From Candidatus Latescibacterota bacterium (lineage in GTDB: Bacteria; Latescibacterota; UBA2968; UBA8231), in the NCBI GenBank assembly GCA_965242865.1, contig CBDETK010000013.1, positions 1,440,001 to 1,504,000 on the forward strand: a stretch of 64,000 nucleotides of DNA. The letters run 5' to 3'. The notes under the pieces are model-generated. The model was not told the origin of the DNA. It was given only the letters and a program-made list of their open reading frames with translations, and ran no database searches. A program made the position numbers and the translations under genes. Below, one piece after another: positions 55,943-64,000 of the stretch (positions within the stretch are counted from its first letter, which is position 1; every line of letters begins with the position of its first letter).

Positions 55943-57874
55943 TCAATCGAGACCATTTGCCGCTTTCTGCTTTGCTTTTTGTAGTTGGTTATATCGCTCC
56001 AGAAATTCGTCGTGTGCTCGTTTTACCATGTCGAGTAAATCTATGTACCTTCTGACGTAGATTTGCGAGTTTGCTAAGTTTCGTTTTTTCCCTCTCACTT
56101 GATAGGTGTCAACCAAATCACCGCAAAGGAGATAGCCCGTAACGGCCTCATATTGATAATCGGGATCCGTCGTCCGTTGAATGTAGTCCTGCATGAAGCT
56201 AACATATTCTTCAATTTGGTTGAGTTCTTGCACAGAAGCCTTTAACTGTGGACGTTTGATTTCCACTACGACTAAGTTCGTGCCTTCTCGTACACAGAGG
56301 AAATCAATTCGTCTATCGCTTTCCGGTACATCGCCATCTTCTGGAAATTTCCCACGTAGTAAGTCACTGTATCTCTTCTCGTCATCTACCAGCGACCAAC
56401 GCGGGTCAATCACCCAAGGGAATTCTTTTAGGAAGTTGTGGAGCGTCGGCACTTCCAGCGCATTGTCTTCAATCAGTTTTTGCAGTTTTTCAATCGTCGT
56501 TATGCGCCCTTGGGTGACGCGCGCCATTTCTTTGGCTTCGACGATTTCCCACTCGCGGAATAGGTTGAGGAGCTTGTCGGTGTCTTCAAACTCCGTTTCG
56601 GTTAAGTCGGCGGCGATTTCCCAAAAGGCATCGAACTCGAGAAAATCGAGGGACGTTTGGATGACGGGTTCAATTTCCTCGACATCGGCGGTTGGGTTCT
56701 TGTCGATCACTTGACGCACCAAGCGGTCGGCGAGTTTAAGGGCGCGGTTATTGCCCGTTTCTTTGGCTTGCTCGCGGAACTTAACGTAGAGCGCGTTTTC
56801 TTCTAGCTGCTGTTCGTTATCGTCGCGGCGTTTCTTGCCCCACTTGCGGGCAATTTTGTTGACCTCTTTTTGACCCCACTTTTTGAGGGCCGTATTGGGC
56901 TCCGTGTCCCATACTAGCGAGTTTCGCGTCGTTCCGATTGTATCTTCCCCCTCATCGACAAACTCGACATGGAGTTCGCCAATAAGGTAAGAAAGGGCGA
57001 ACTGTTGACCGACAACGGCTTCAAAAACAAAAGGCTCTTGTACTAGCTTGCCTCTCGCCATGAGAACGATTCCTCGGTCTATGCCGTCAATATCTGGCGT
57101 CGTGCGGTTTAGTGCGCCGATCCAGCCCGATACAGTCCAGCTCGTTTGGGGCTGGATTTCTACGGCGTCGTACTCCCATAAATACGGCTTGCCGTCCATG
57201 TCTTTGTCGAGCAAGAGTTTTAAGTCGCGATCTTCAGGCGAGATTGGGTCGCCGTTAATGACGACCTCGAAGTCTCGTTGTGCGCCAATGACGGCGAATC
57301 GTCTGGCGAGTCCGCGGCGGATGCGGTTGATCGAGATGCGGCGGCTTTTGAATTTGGTGATGTGTCTGAGGGTGATTTTCGTGCCTTTGGAGACGGTTCC
57401 AGTAGAATCTAACGGCGGAAACTCGATGGTGCGTTCGTCTGCTTTTTCCAACAGTTCGTCGTAGTTCATGCGGAAGTGGCTGCCTTCGCCGTCTTTCACG
57501 CTTTCTAGGTCGATCTCTTTGGCGATGCCAAAGGCCGAGAGTTTGCCAATGCCCTTTCGGCCCATGATCTTGCGGTTGCGCGGCGGAGGCGTCAGGTCGG
57601 ATTGCTCGTTTTCGCGGCGGTCTCGACCGACGATGAGGTACTTGTTTCGCACGTCCTCGTCGGACATGCCCATTCCATCGTCGCTGATGACGATCTCCGA
57701 ATGCTCGTCAATCGGTACTTCTGGTATGGCAATCTCAACTTTGGTCGCGTTTGCGTCCCAGCCGTTGGCGACGAGTTCGCCGATGACGGGCGGCAGGGTC
57801 GAGTACATCTGCAAGCCGAGATGCTTGATGGTGCAGACGTCAAATTCCATTCGATATGCTTCTTTAGAATCCAT
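55943..57874 (-). CDS. GHKL/MORC-like ATPase fused to a C-terminal PD-(D/E)XK nuclease (R-M associated)
   Basis: ELVANGWDA.A, DDGMGM, GRKGIGKL, GTKITL; C-terminal RIDFL...VVVEIKRP. Confidence 0.82.
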   Translation of the reverse strand: MDSKEAYRMEFDVCTIKHLGLQMYSTLPPVIGELVANGWDANATKVEIAIPEVPIDEHSEIVISDDGMGMSDEDVRNKYLIVGRDRRENEQSDLTPPPRNRKIMGRKGIGKLSAFGIAKEIDLESVKDGEGSHFRMNYDELLEKADERTIEFPPLDSTGTVSKGTKITLRHITKFKSRRISINRIRRGLARRFAVIGAQRDFEVVINGDPISPEDRDLKLLLDKDMDGKPYLWEYDAVEIQPQTSWTVSGWIGALNRTTPDIDGIDRGIVLMARGKLVQEPFVFEAVVGQQFALSYLIGELHVEFVDEGEDTIGTTRNSLVWDTEPNTALKKWGQKEVNKIARKWGKKRRDDNEQQLEENALYVKFREQAKETGNNRALKLADRLVRQVIDKNPTADVEEIEPVIQTSLDFLEFDAFWEIAADLTETEFEDTDKLLNLFREWEIVEAKEMARVTQGRITTIEKLQKLIEDNALEVPTLHNFLKEFPWVIDPRWSLVDDEKRYSDLLRGKFPEDGDVPESDRRIDFLCVREGTNLVVVEIKRPQLKASVQELNQIEEYVSFMQDYIQRTTDPDYQYEAVTGYLLCGDLVDTYQVRGKKRNLANSQIYVRRYIDLLDMVKRAHDEFLERYNQLQKAKQKAANGLD

Positions 57875-57890
57875 AACATGTCTCCTTCAG

Positions 57891-58007
57891 TATGGAAATC
57901 CTACATCATTCAAGGCTGGATTCCCGCGTTCGCGGGAATGACTTCTCGTAAATAAAAAACAGTGCCGATCAACATTCCATGCTTTCAAGTCATTGAGGAC
58001 GGATCTA
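57891..58007. mobile_element. ~118-bp MITE with dRS3-like core, copy 2 (degenerate ends)
   Basis: ATCCTACATCATTCAAG.CTGGATTCCCGCGTTCGCGGGAATGAC...CCATGCTTTCAAGTCATT. Confidence 0.72.
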
Positions 58008-59027
58008 TCAGCATGACGCGGCGATTGATTGGCCTAATTGTTCGGCGAGTTTTACCGGGACTGCGTTGCCGATTTGGCCCGATAGAAATAAAAAGGATGG
58101 GCCGAAAAATTCGTAATCGTCGCCAAAGGTTTGGAGCGCGGCGGCCTCGCGCAATGAGATGCCTCTGTCTTGGTCGGGGTGGATGAAGCGGCCGCAATAG
58201 ACGTCTGTGCAGCGGCACGTCAGGGTTGGACTTGGCGCGTCCCATGCCATGCGGCCAAATACGTCTTTGTGGGCGTTTGGCTGCTTTTGGTGGCACTTGA
58301 GTAGGATGGACGGGTCTGTTACTTCCCGTCGGCTGCCGCCGTTTTTGGGGACGGCCGCGACAATGCGTTTGTGGTGTGGTTGCAGTTTTCTGGCGACGTG
58401 ATTCGGGTATGCAGTTGATGCTTCGCCGTCGGCAATAGTCGGGTACTGGCCAATGGCGCGTCGCACGGTGGCATGGGCGGCGGTGTGTGGGCTGGGGAGC
58501 GAGGCGGTCCCGTGTCTGGAAGCTACGATGATGAATCGCTTGCGCGTCTGCGGAACGCCGAAATGTTTCGCGTCGAGTAAGTCCGCTGCTGCTGAAAAGC
58601 CGCATCTTCGCAGAACCGACAGAAACTCTCGGTAGATTTCTTTGCCGTAAGCGTTGTTCAGTCCGGGGACGTTCTCCGCTAGGATGAAATCAGGGGGGCG
58701 TTCTTCGACGATTTTGGCAAAGTCCAATAGGAGTGCTTTTCGTTTATCTTGGCCTTTCAGCTTATTGAGGGTGGAGAAGGGTTGGCACGGCGTGCAAGCC
58801 GCGTAGAGCGTCAAGTCGCCATCTTCTATGCCGAGTGCTTGGCGGAGTTTGTGGATTTGAATGTCGTTGATGTCGCTGTTGATGAAGCGGCATGGTTTGT
58901 TATTGTGTAGGTAGGTCTCCCGCAAGCGTAGATCATTATCGACGCCGGCCAGCACCGAGATGCCGACATTTAACAGTCCTCTGGTTAGGCCGCCGGCTCC
59001 GCAGAAGAAGTCAATTGCTTTAATCAT
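58008..59027 (-). CDS. DNA (cytosine-5)-methyltransferase
   Basis: DFFCGAGG, PCQPFS, ENV, GVPQTRKR, REAAALQTF, QIGNAVP; alternative start at 59039. Confidence 0.93.
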   Translation of the reverse strand: MIKAIDFFCGAGGLTRGLLNVGISVLAGVDNDLRLRETYLHNNKPCRFINSDINDIQIHKLRQALGIEDGDLTLYAACTPCQPFSTLNKLKGQDKRKALLLDFAKIVEERPPDFILAENVPGLNNAYGKEIYREFLSVLRRCGFSAAADLLDAKHFGVPQTRKRFIIVASRHGTASLPSPHTAAHATVRRAIGQYPTIADGEASTAYPNHVARKLQPHHKRIVAAVPKNGGSRREVTDPSILLKCHQKQPNAHKDVFGRMAWDAPSPTLTCRCTDVYCGRFIHPDQDRGISLREAAALQTFGDDYEFFGPSFLFLSGQIGNAVPVKLAEQLGQSIAASC

Positions 59028-59044
59028 GGGGGGCCTCATTTATA

Positions 59045-59161
59045 TATAGCAATCCTACATCATTCAAGACTGGATTCCCGCTTTCGCGGGAATGACGCTT
59101 CATAGGCAAAAAACAGTGCCGATCAACACTCCATGCTTTCGAGTCATTTAGGACTGCTATA
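59045..59161. mobile_element. ~118-bp MITE with dRS3-like core, copy 3
   Basis: Terminal inverted repeats TATAGCAATCCTA / TAGGACTGCTATA. Confidence 0.78.
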
Positions 59162-59162
59162 T

Positions 59163-62100
59163 CTACCGGAAAATCTCGTCAAGACGCCAAACGAGTCTGA
59201 GTGCGTCCGGCCAGCCTGTTTTGGCGAAAATATCCAATAGGTTCAACAGATCCTCCAAGCTATCCCCTTCGCGTACTTCGCTCCGGTGGTCGGCGAGGAC
59301 AGTCTCGACTAATTTGACAACCTCCGTAACTGCGAGGGAATCGAGATTGTAACCAGACGGTTCACTTGAACGTGCGACTCCCGCCGCTAAATGCAAGACC
59401 TCTTTTGGATTACAGCTTAGAAAACTTGCTAGAAGCTGCATAAAACGGTGTGCCGTCGGTGCGAACATGACGCCATTTTCTTCATCTCGTGCGAAATCAA
59501 TGATCCGCTCCATAAGCGGCTTTACTTCGTTATAGAATCGACAGCGCAACTTATCCGGGATTTTCTCTGCTGGTTTCTTAGAGGTTTTGTTTTCGTATGC
59601 AACCTCAAGGTAGAGATCCATAACCACTCCATCAATGACTTGGTAGGTAGCATGTAATTTTTTTTGTTCTTCCTTGGTGTTACTGAAGGTCTTACACAAT
59701 TTTTGAATTGCGGGAGAAACAGCATCAACCGCTTGCTCTAACCATTTAATAGCCCGTTGAATTTTTTTGCGTCCTTCAGAAGTTTCGAGGTTCTTCGGGA
59801 CGACATAATTTTTTATGACATAAGACACAGCGCGATTTAGGGGATTGGCGAATCGGACAGGATCGCTTAAAAAGGTATCTTTGATTGTTTTTAATGACCA
59901 TGAATTTTCACGGTCGATTGCCAGCCACATCAACAAAGCAATAAGCGAATCTTTTGGATCTGCACTCTCTGGCAGTATGCGCTTGAGCATCTTATCCATG
60001 ACATGGATTGTCTTATCTTCATTCTCTTTCTTCAATGCGGCGACTTTAGTCAACGTATAGTAGAGGTACTTTTGTACGACGTGAGTCCCTTCATGAGTTG
60101 CCCTATACTCTACGATTTTCCAGAATTTTTCGGGCTCTTTATCGTAAATTAGGAACAATTCCGTAGCTGCTACCATCCGAACAGAGGACACAGGGTCACT
60201 GGCAAGAGATTCGATTGCGCCTAACATCTCCGCATCAGGTCGCCGAGCTGCGAACCTTAGCAGGCCTTGGACAGCGTCATGCCGTGGGAATGGAGAATAC
60301 ATAGGAGTATTGGATTGAGCATTGCTTGAATCTGGCTTGGGCAGTTCGTGCCTTGCAGCTTCTAAAAACACTTGACGACAAAAAGAGAATTGTTTGTCCT
60401 CAAGATTAGAAATTCGACCGAGGATTGCAATGCAAGCCGTCAGTTTATACCAGAGAGAATCAATTACCTTTTTGTCAGCTTTAGTATTCCCCTTTACAGC
60501 GGTGTATGCTTCGTGTAAAGGCGGAAAAATCAACTTGGTAGCTGTCGCATTTGGTACTTCATTTAGCCACTCTGAGTTGAATTTATTGAGAGCTCCGAAA
60601 AGGCGTTGTAGTTCTTGATTTTCTGGTTTAGTTGTGTCAACACCTTGATCTTGAAGCAACATTTCTTCAGAATAGGGCACTCTTGAAGATTTGAAGCTGA
60701 ATAAAGGATCATTTCGGGGCACTTGATCCTTCTGCTCCATTTCTTTCCAGATCTCTTTAGCTTCTTGAGTCTGAATCAAGTCCTTTGATATCCTTGCTAT
60801 GAGCCGGTTTCTTCGTCGTTCAAAGTCTTTGGACTCATCTTCGTTCGTTGCTTCTGAGGGCAGCTCCAAAATGGCATTTTCAATCTGACGTAGTTGATCG
60901 GGCGTAAATTTAGATGCAGCCGCTTCTAAAAATAGACCGAGTTCGTGAAGGACCTCGCGACTCTTTTGTATCGGTTTTGCTATACAAATTTCAAACAAGT
61001 GTGGTGCGAAAACTTCGGGAGACTGAGCCGCAGTCTTTAAGAGTCGTTTCCAGAAAAATGCGACCTGCACGTGATCGCAGAAAACGTCAAGCAGTGAATC
61101 GAGAGAAAAGTCTTTAGACTTGTCTAAATCAGCGATGAATGTAAATAAAGAATCCGCGATTTTGATAGACTCATTGTGCCTAGCCTCATCCCAGATATGA
61201 CTGTTGTCTGGCACAAAGTACGCGGATTTTCCACGAAACTCGAATATCTCCTCCAAGTCTTTCATTGTCCGCTCTTCTCTGAGGTCCCCGACGATATGTT
61301 TTTGAATAATAAAAGAATTTAGGCTTTGGATCGCCGCTTGTGCTGCAACTAACGGCTTTGCCTCAAGAAATCTGGAGAAATGCATTATCAACCGAGATTG
61401 ACAGCTATCGTAGTCTTGGCGACGGTTGCTCGTTAAAGGTAAAACGGGGCCACTACTTAGGCTTGTCTGCTCAGTGCTCGTCTCGGAATACGTGAATACC
61501 GTGCGATAGACCAAGGCGACAAACTTAGGGTCAAAAGTCCAAATTTCGTCAACATGTTCGGTTAGCCACCACAGAAATTTTATTGGGAATTTACTTTCTT
61601 GAGTCAGGTCGAGAACCTTTTTAAGAAGAGGGCGAGATTCTTTGGGATTTGTACCATACGTTTTGGCAACAAGCGGCACCGCCCAAGAACTACCAAACCG
61701 ATTATACCAATCATTGTCACTGGTCTTTCTCTCTTGCCATACCCATCCAAGTAATCGTCGCCCAACTCGTCCACAAGTGTCTCTGATAGTCATGTTCTCG
61801 GTTTTTATCGCTCGCTCAAGAATATCCGAAGTGATGACTGCCAAATCCCAAGCAAAGTCGGCGTGGTAAGGAGGTAAAACTTGATCGAAGAAATCAATCC
61901 AGAGCTCGTCGCGTTTTATTTTAAGTGCCCGGATTGATTGCAAAAGCCGCATCATCGCCTCATTTGCGATAGATTCCCTTTTCTGCAATCTCTCCAAAAG
62001 CGGGGTCAGTTCCGTAGTTTTGCGGGCCTCATTTGCAATAACGCTCGTCGGAATTAAGCGGGCAAATAGACGTAAATGCACAGATTGATTACTTGGTAAA

Positions 62101-63218
62101 ATATGCCAGAAAGTACTCCAGAAATTTTCGGAGGTATTGTACCAGAGACGGGTAAAAAAGTAAGTGAGGCTTGGACGGAGAAAGAGTGGACGAGACGGTT
62201 CTTGAAGCACAAATGATACAAGTTTTTGAGGGCTATCTTCAATGAACAAGATACTGATTGCGTAATCAAAGAGAATGTTGTGAGAAAAGGCAATCCGTTG
62301 TCCAGCCGAAGAAGTCTTGGACAGGATCTCATCGCTCAGGAGAGCGTTCCATGCTGTCAGTCTCGCTTCTTTGTCAAGGTCAAGAGATTCATAAATGTAT
62401 CCCCGTCTGACGGTCAATGAACTTTCCTCAACCATCTGGTGTGCGATCTTTGTGAGGATGAAGCTACGGGCATCTGCATCGTTTGAACCCTCAATCCGTC
62501 GTTGCCAAAACAAATCGAGCAACTGGACTTCAGAACGGATCTGACTAAAATCAGGAACATCCTGTGAAGTCTTTAGGATTTTTTCTAATAGCCAGATATT
62601 GAACGGATTTGCAAGGAGGTTCTTAAAATCCTGAGAACCAGATTGATAGATAGACTCCAGACGTGGAATCTGATTAAAGACTTGTCGAATCTCATCCTCA
62701 TTCAAGGGTGGAATTGTAAAGTGTCGGCATAAAATCTCTTTGCTTTTGCTATAGTATGGAGACAGATCCGTATTATAAGGATTACTAAACAGATCCAAGA
62801 GGTCTTGCGATTTCTTTGCATCGTAAGTCCGTACTGTAACGACAACATTCCATGACTCCTTGAGCTCATGGACTGCACGTCTGATCAGGCGTAGAAAGCG
62901 TTTGCGCGTTTGTTCATTTCGAGCAGCATCGAAGGCGTCAAATAATAAAACCGATTTCTCGCGTGAAGCAGGAACGGACTTCAATTTTTCGATCAGATCG
63001 CCTTCGTAGGACAATTCTTCTTGTAAAGTTTCGCTCTTACCGTCTCCAAGTTGGTCAATCCGCAAAAAAAGATGAGGAGTTTTGTCTGCTTTTAGGCTTT
63101 GGCGAAGCTCTTTCAGTAGATAGGTTTTTCCAACACCAGGACTACCGATAACTACGCCATTTCCTTGAGAAGCAAAATCCTTCAAACTTTTGATCAATTT
63201 TTTTCGATCAATTTTCAT
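59163..63218 (-). CDS. Large STAND/NACHT-like NTPase (Avs-like) with long helical C-terminus and no N-terminal effector
   Basis: Walker A GSPGVGKT near the N-terminus, Walker B LLFDAFD, VVTVR sensor, NPF, FSHNILFDY; ATG 63218 overlaps the SIR2 stop region. Confidence 0.75.
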   Translation of the reverse strand: MKIDRKKLIKSLKDFASQGNGVVIGSPGVGKTYLLKELRQSLKADKTPHLFLRIDQLGDGKSETLQEELSYEGDLIEKLKSVPASREKSVLLFDAFDAARNEQTRKRFLRLIRRAVHELKESWNVVVTVRTYDAKKSQDLLDLFSNPYNTDLSPYYSKSKEILCRHFTIPPLNEDEIRQVFNQIPRLESIYQSGSQDFKNLLANPFNIWLLEKILKTSQDVPDFSQIRSEVQLLDLFWQRRIEGSNDADARSFILTKIAHQMVEESSLTVRRGYIYESLDLDKEARLTAWNALLSDEILSKTSSAGQRIAFSHNILFDYAISILFIEDSPQKLVSFVLQEPSRPLFLRPSLTYFFTRLWYNTSENFWSTFWHILPSNQSVHLRLFARLIPTSVIANEARKTTELTPLLERLQKRESIANEAMMRLLQSIRALKIKRDELWIDFFDQVLPPYHADFAWDLAVITSDILERAIKTENMTIRDTCGRVGRRLLGWVWQERKTSDNDWYNRFGSSWAVPLVAKTYGTNPKESRPLLKKVLDLTQESKFPIKFLWWLTEHVDEIWTFDPKFVALVYRTVFTYSETSTEQTSLSSGPVLPLTSNRRQDYDSCQSRLIMHFSRFLEAKPLVAAQAAIQSLNSFIIQKHIVGDLREERTMKDLEEIFEFRGKSAYFVPDNSHIWDEARHNESIKIADSLFTFIADLDKSKDFSLDSLLDVFCDHVQVAFFWKRLLKTAAQSPEVFAPHLFEICIAKPIQKSREVLHELGLFLEAAASKFTPDQLRQIENAILELPSEATNEDESKDFERRRNRLIARISKDLIQTQEAKEIWKEMEQKDQVPRNDPLFSFKSSRVPYSEEMLLQDQGVDTTKPENQELQRLFGALNKFNSEWLNEVPNATATKLIFPPLHEAYTAVKGNTKADKKVIDSLWYKLTACIAILGRISNLEDKQFSFCRQVFLEAARHELPKPDSSNAQSNTPMYSPFPRHDAVQGLLRFAARRPDAEMLGAIESLASDPVSSVRMVAATELFLIYDKEPEKFWKIVEYRATHEGTHVVQKYLYYTLTKVAALKKENEDKTIHVMDKMLKRILPESADPKDSLIALLMWLAIDRENSWSLKTIKDTFLSDPVRFANPLNRAVSYVIKNYVVPKNLETSEGRKKIQRAIKWLEQAVDAVSPAIQKLCKTFSNTKEEQKKLHATYQVIDGVVMDLYLEVAYENKTSKKPAEKIPDKLRCRFYNEVKPLMERIIDFARDEENGVMFAPTAHRFMQLLASFLSCNPKEVLHLAAGVARSSEPSGYNLDSLAVTEVVKLVETVLADHRSEVREGDSLEDLLNLLDIFAKTGWPDALRLVWRLDEIFR

Positions 63219-64000
63219 CGTCGCCAATTCCCCTTTCCATGAGTTTATTCACTTGTTCCAGCCAATCCAATACATCTTGGGACTTACTCTGCGGTACAAT
63301 AGATGCCGGAGTCTCAACACCACACGCCTTGGCGATTTCAGTGACAATATTATCCAAATTCTGATGCGATCCGTCCAAATCCTCATAGAATACAGTCTCG
63401 ACACCATACTCTCTTCTGAGTCCTGTCGCTTTTGTTTTTGAATTCTCTGCACCGTCAGGAGAAATACTCGTGATTGTAAAATAAATGGATTTATTCCATC
63501 GCCGTAAATCCTCACTGACAGTTTCTAATATCTTGTTGAGATAGGGGTCGTTCATGCTGAAACCAAGAAAAACGACCTTACAGGTTGCGAAGACTGCCCA
63601 AAGTAATTTGCGATGGAGTTTCAATTCAGTTTCTTGCTGTCTGTTTTCATTAGTAAGATCCAAACCATAAGCGTGTTTGTAGTCTTCAATACTCAAAATT
63701 ATACTGCTTGGAGGATCAAATTTTCCATGTAAATGTGCAATACGTCGTGTCAAGTTACCATCATTCATTGCTCTAAGAAATTCATCAACTCGATCGGCAG
63801 ATCCACTATCAATAACCAAGGAGTTATCGGTAGCAGACAACGGCTCAATTTCAGCCAATGCGGTTTCGAGCACTGTATCATAGTTTGTCGTCAAGATTCC
63901 TCTAAAGGGTAACCGGACCAGCGTTTTGTGTAAATTATCAACTGGATAATTTTTAGGCTTAAATAAGTCATAAAGCAAAGCCTCATATCTTTCCTTTTTA
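63208..64000 (-). CDS. SIR2-like (SIR2_2) NAD-consuming domain protein; 5' end beyond the window
   Basis: ILTTNYD, HLHG, VFLGFSMNDP; frame open to the right edge. Confidence 0.85.
   Translation of the reverse strand, partial: KKERYEALLYDLFKPKNYPVDNLHKTLVRLPFRGILTTNYDTVLETALAEIEPLSATDNSLVIDSGSADRVDEFLRAMNDGNLTRRIAHLHGKFDPPSSIILSIEDYKHAYGLDLTNENRQQETELKLHRKLLWAVFATCKVVFLGFSMNDPYLNKILETVSEDLRRWNKSIYFTITSISPDGAENSKTKATGLRREYGVETVFYEDLDGSHQNLDNIVTEIAKACGVETPASIVPQSKSQDVLDWLEQVNKLMERGIGDDEN

Overview
GC-rich bacterial chromosomal window, most consistent with an FCB-group bacterium such as a Latescibacterota-like, probably host-associated lineage. This is inferred from a PorV-like gene, several secreted proteins ending in a PNPFN...FlgD-Ig C-terminal domain, three PhyH dioxygenases and many LRR/YWTD/WG/lamin-tail repeat proteins. 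A mostly minus-strand housekeeping backbone (dus, gatA, tatA, pssA, htrA, truA, ecfT, xerD, uvrC, RlmI-like MTase, guaA, tyrS, tRNA-Val) is interleaved with secreted repeat proteins, about seven intact or decayed toxin-antitoxin-type loci and several REP/MITE families. The right end holds an AT-richer defence cluster: SIR2 gene + effector-less STAND NTPase + C5 methyltransferase + GHKL-ATPase/nuclease. The most notable observations are (1) a complete Tyr-codon leader-peptide attenuator (promoter, RBS, YPYY peptide, alternative hairpins, terminator) upstream of tyrS; (2) a split SIR2 + Avs-like STAND pair; (3) an orphan 2-repeat CRISPR-like mini-array; (4) three stand-alone secreted Cache proteins with a C-terminal SWGRLK tail; (5) a 3-gene RES cassette; and (6) dRS3-like MITEs at gene junctions. 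All calls come from motifs read by eye; no database searches were run.
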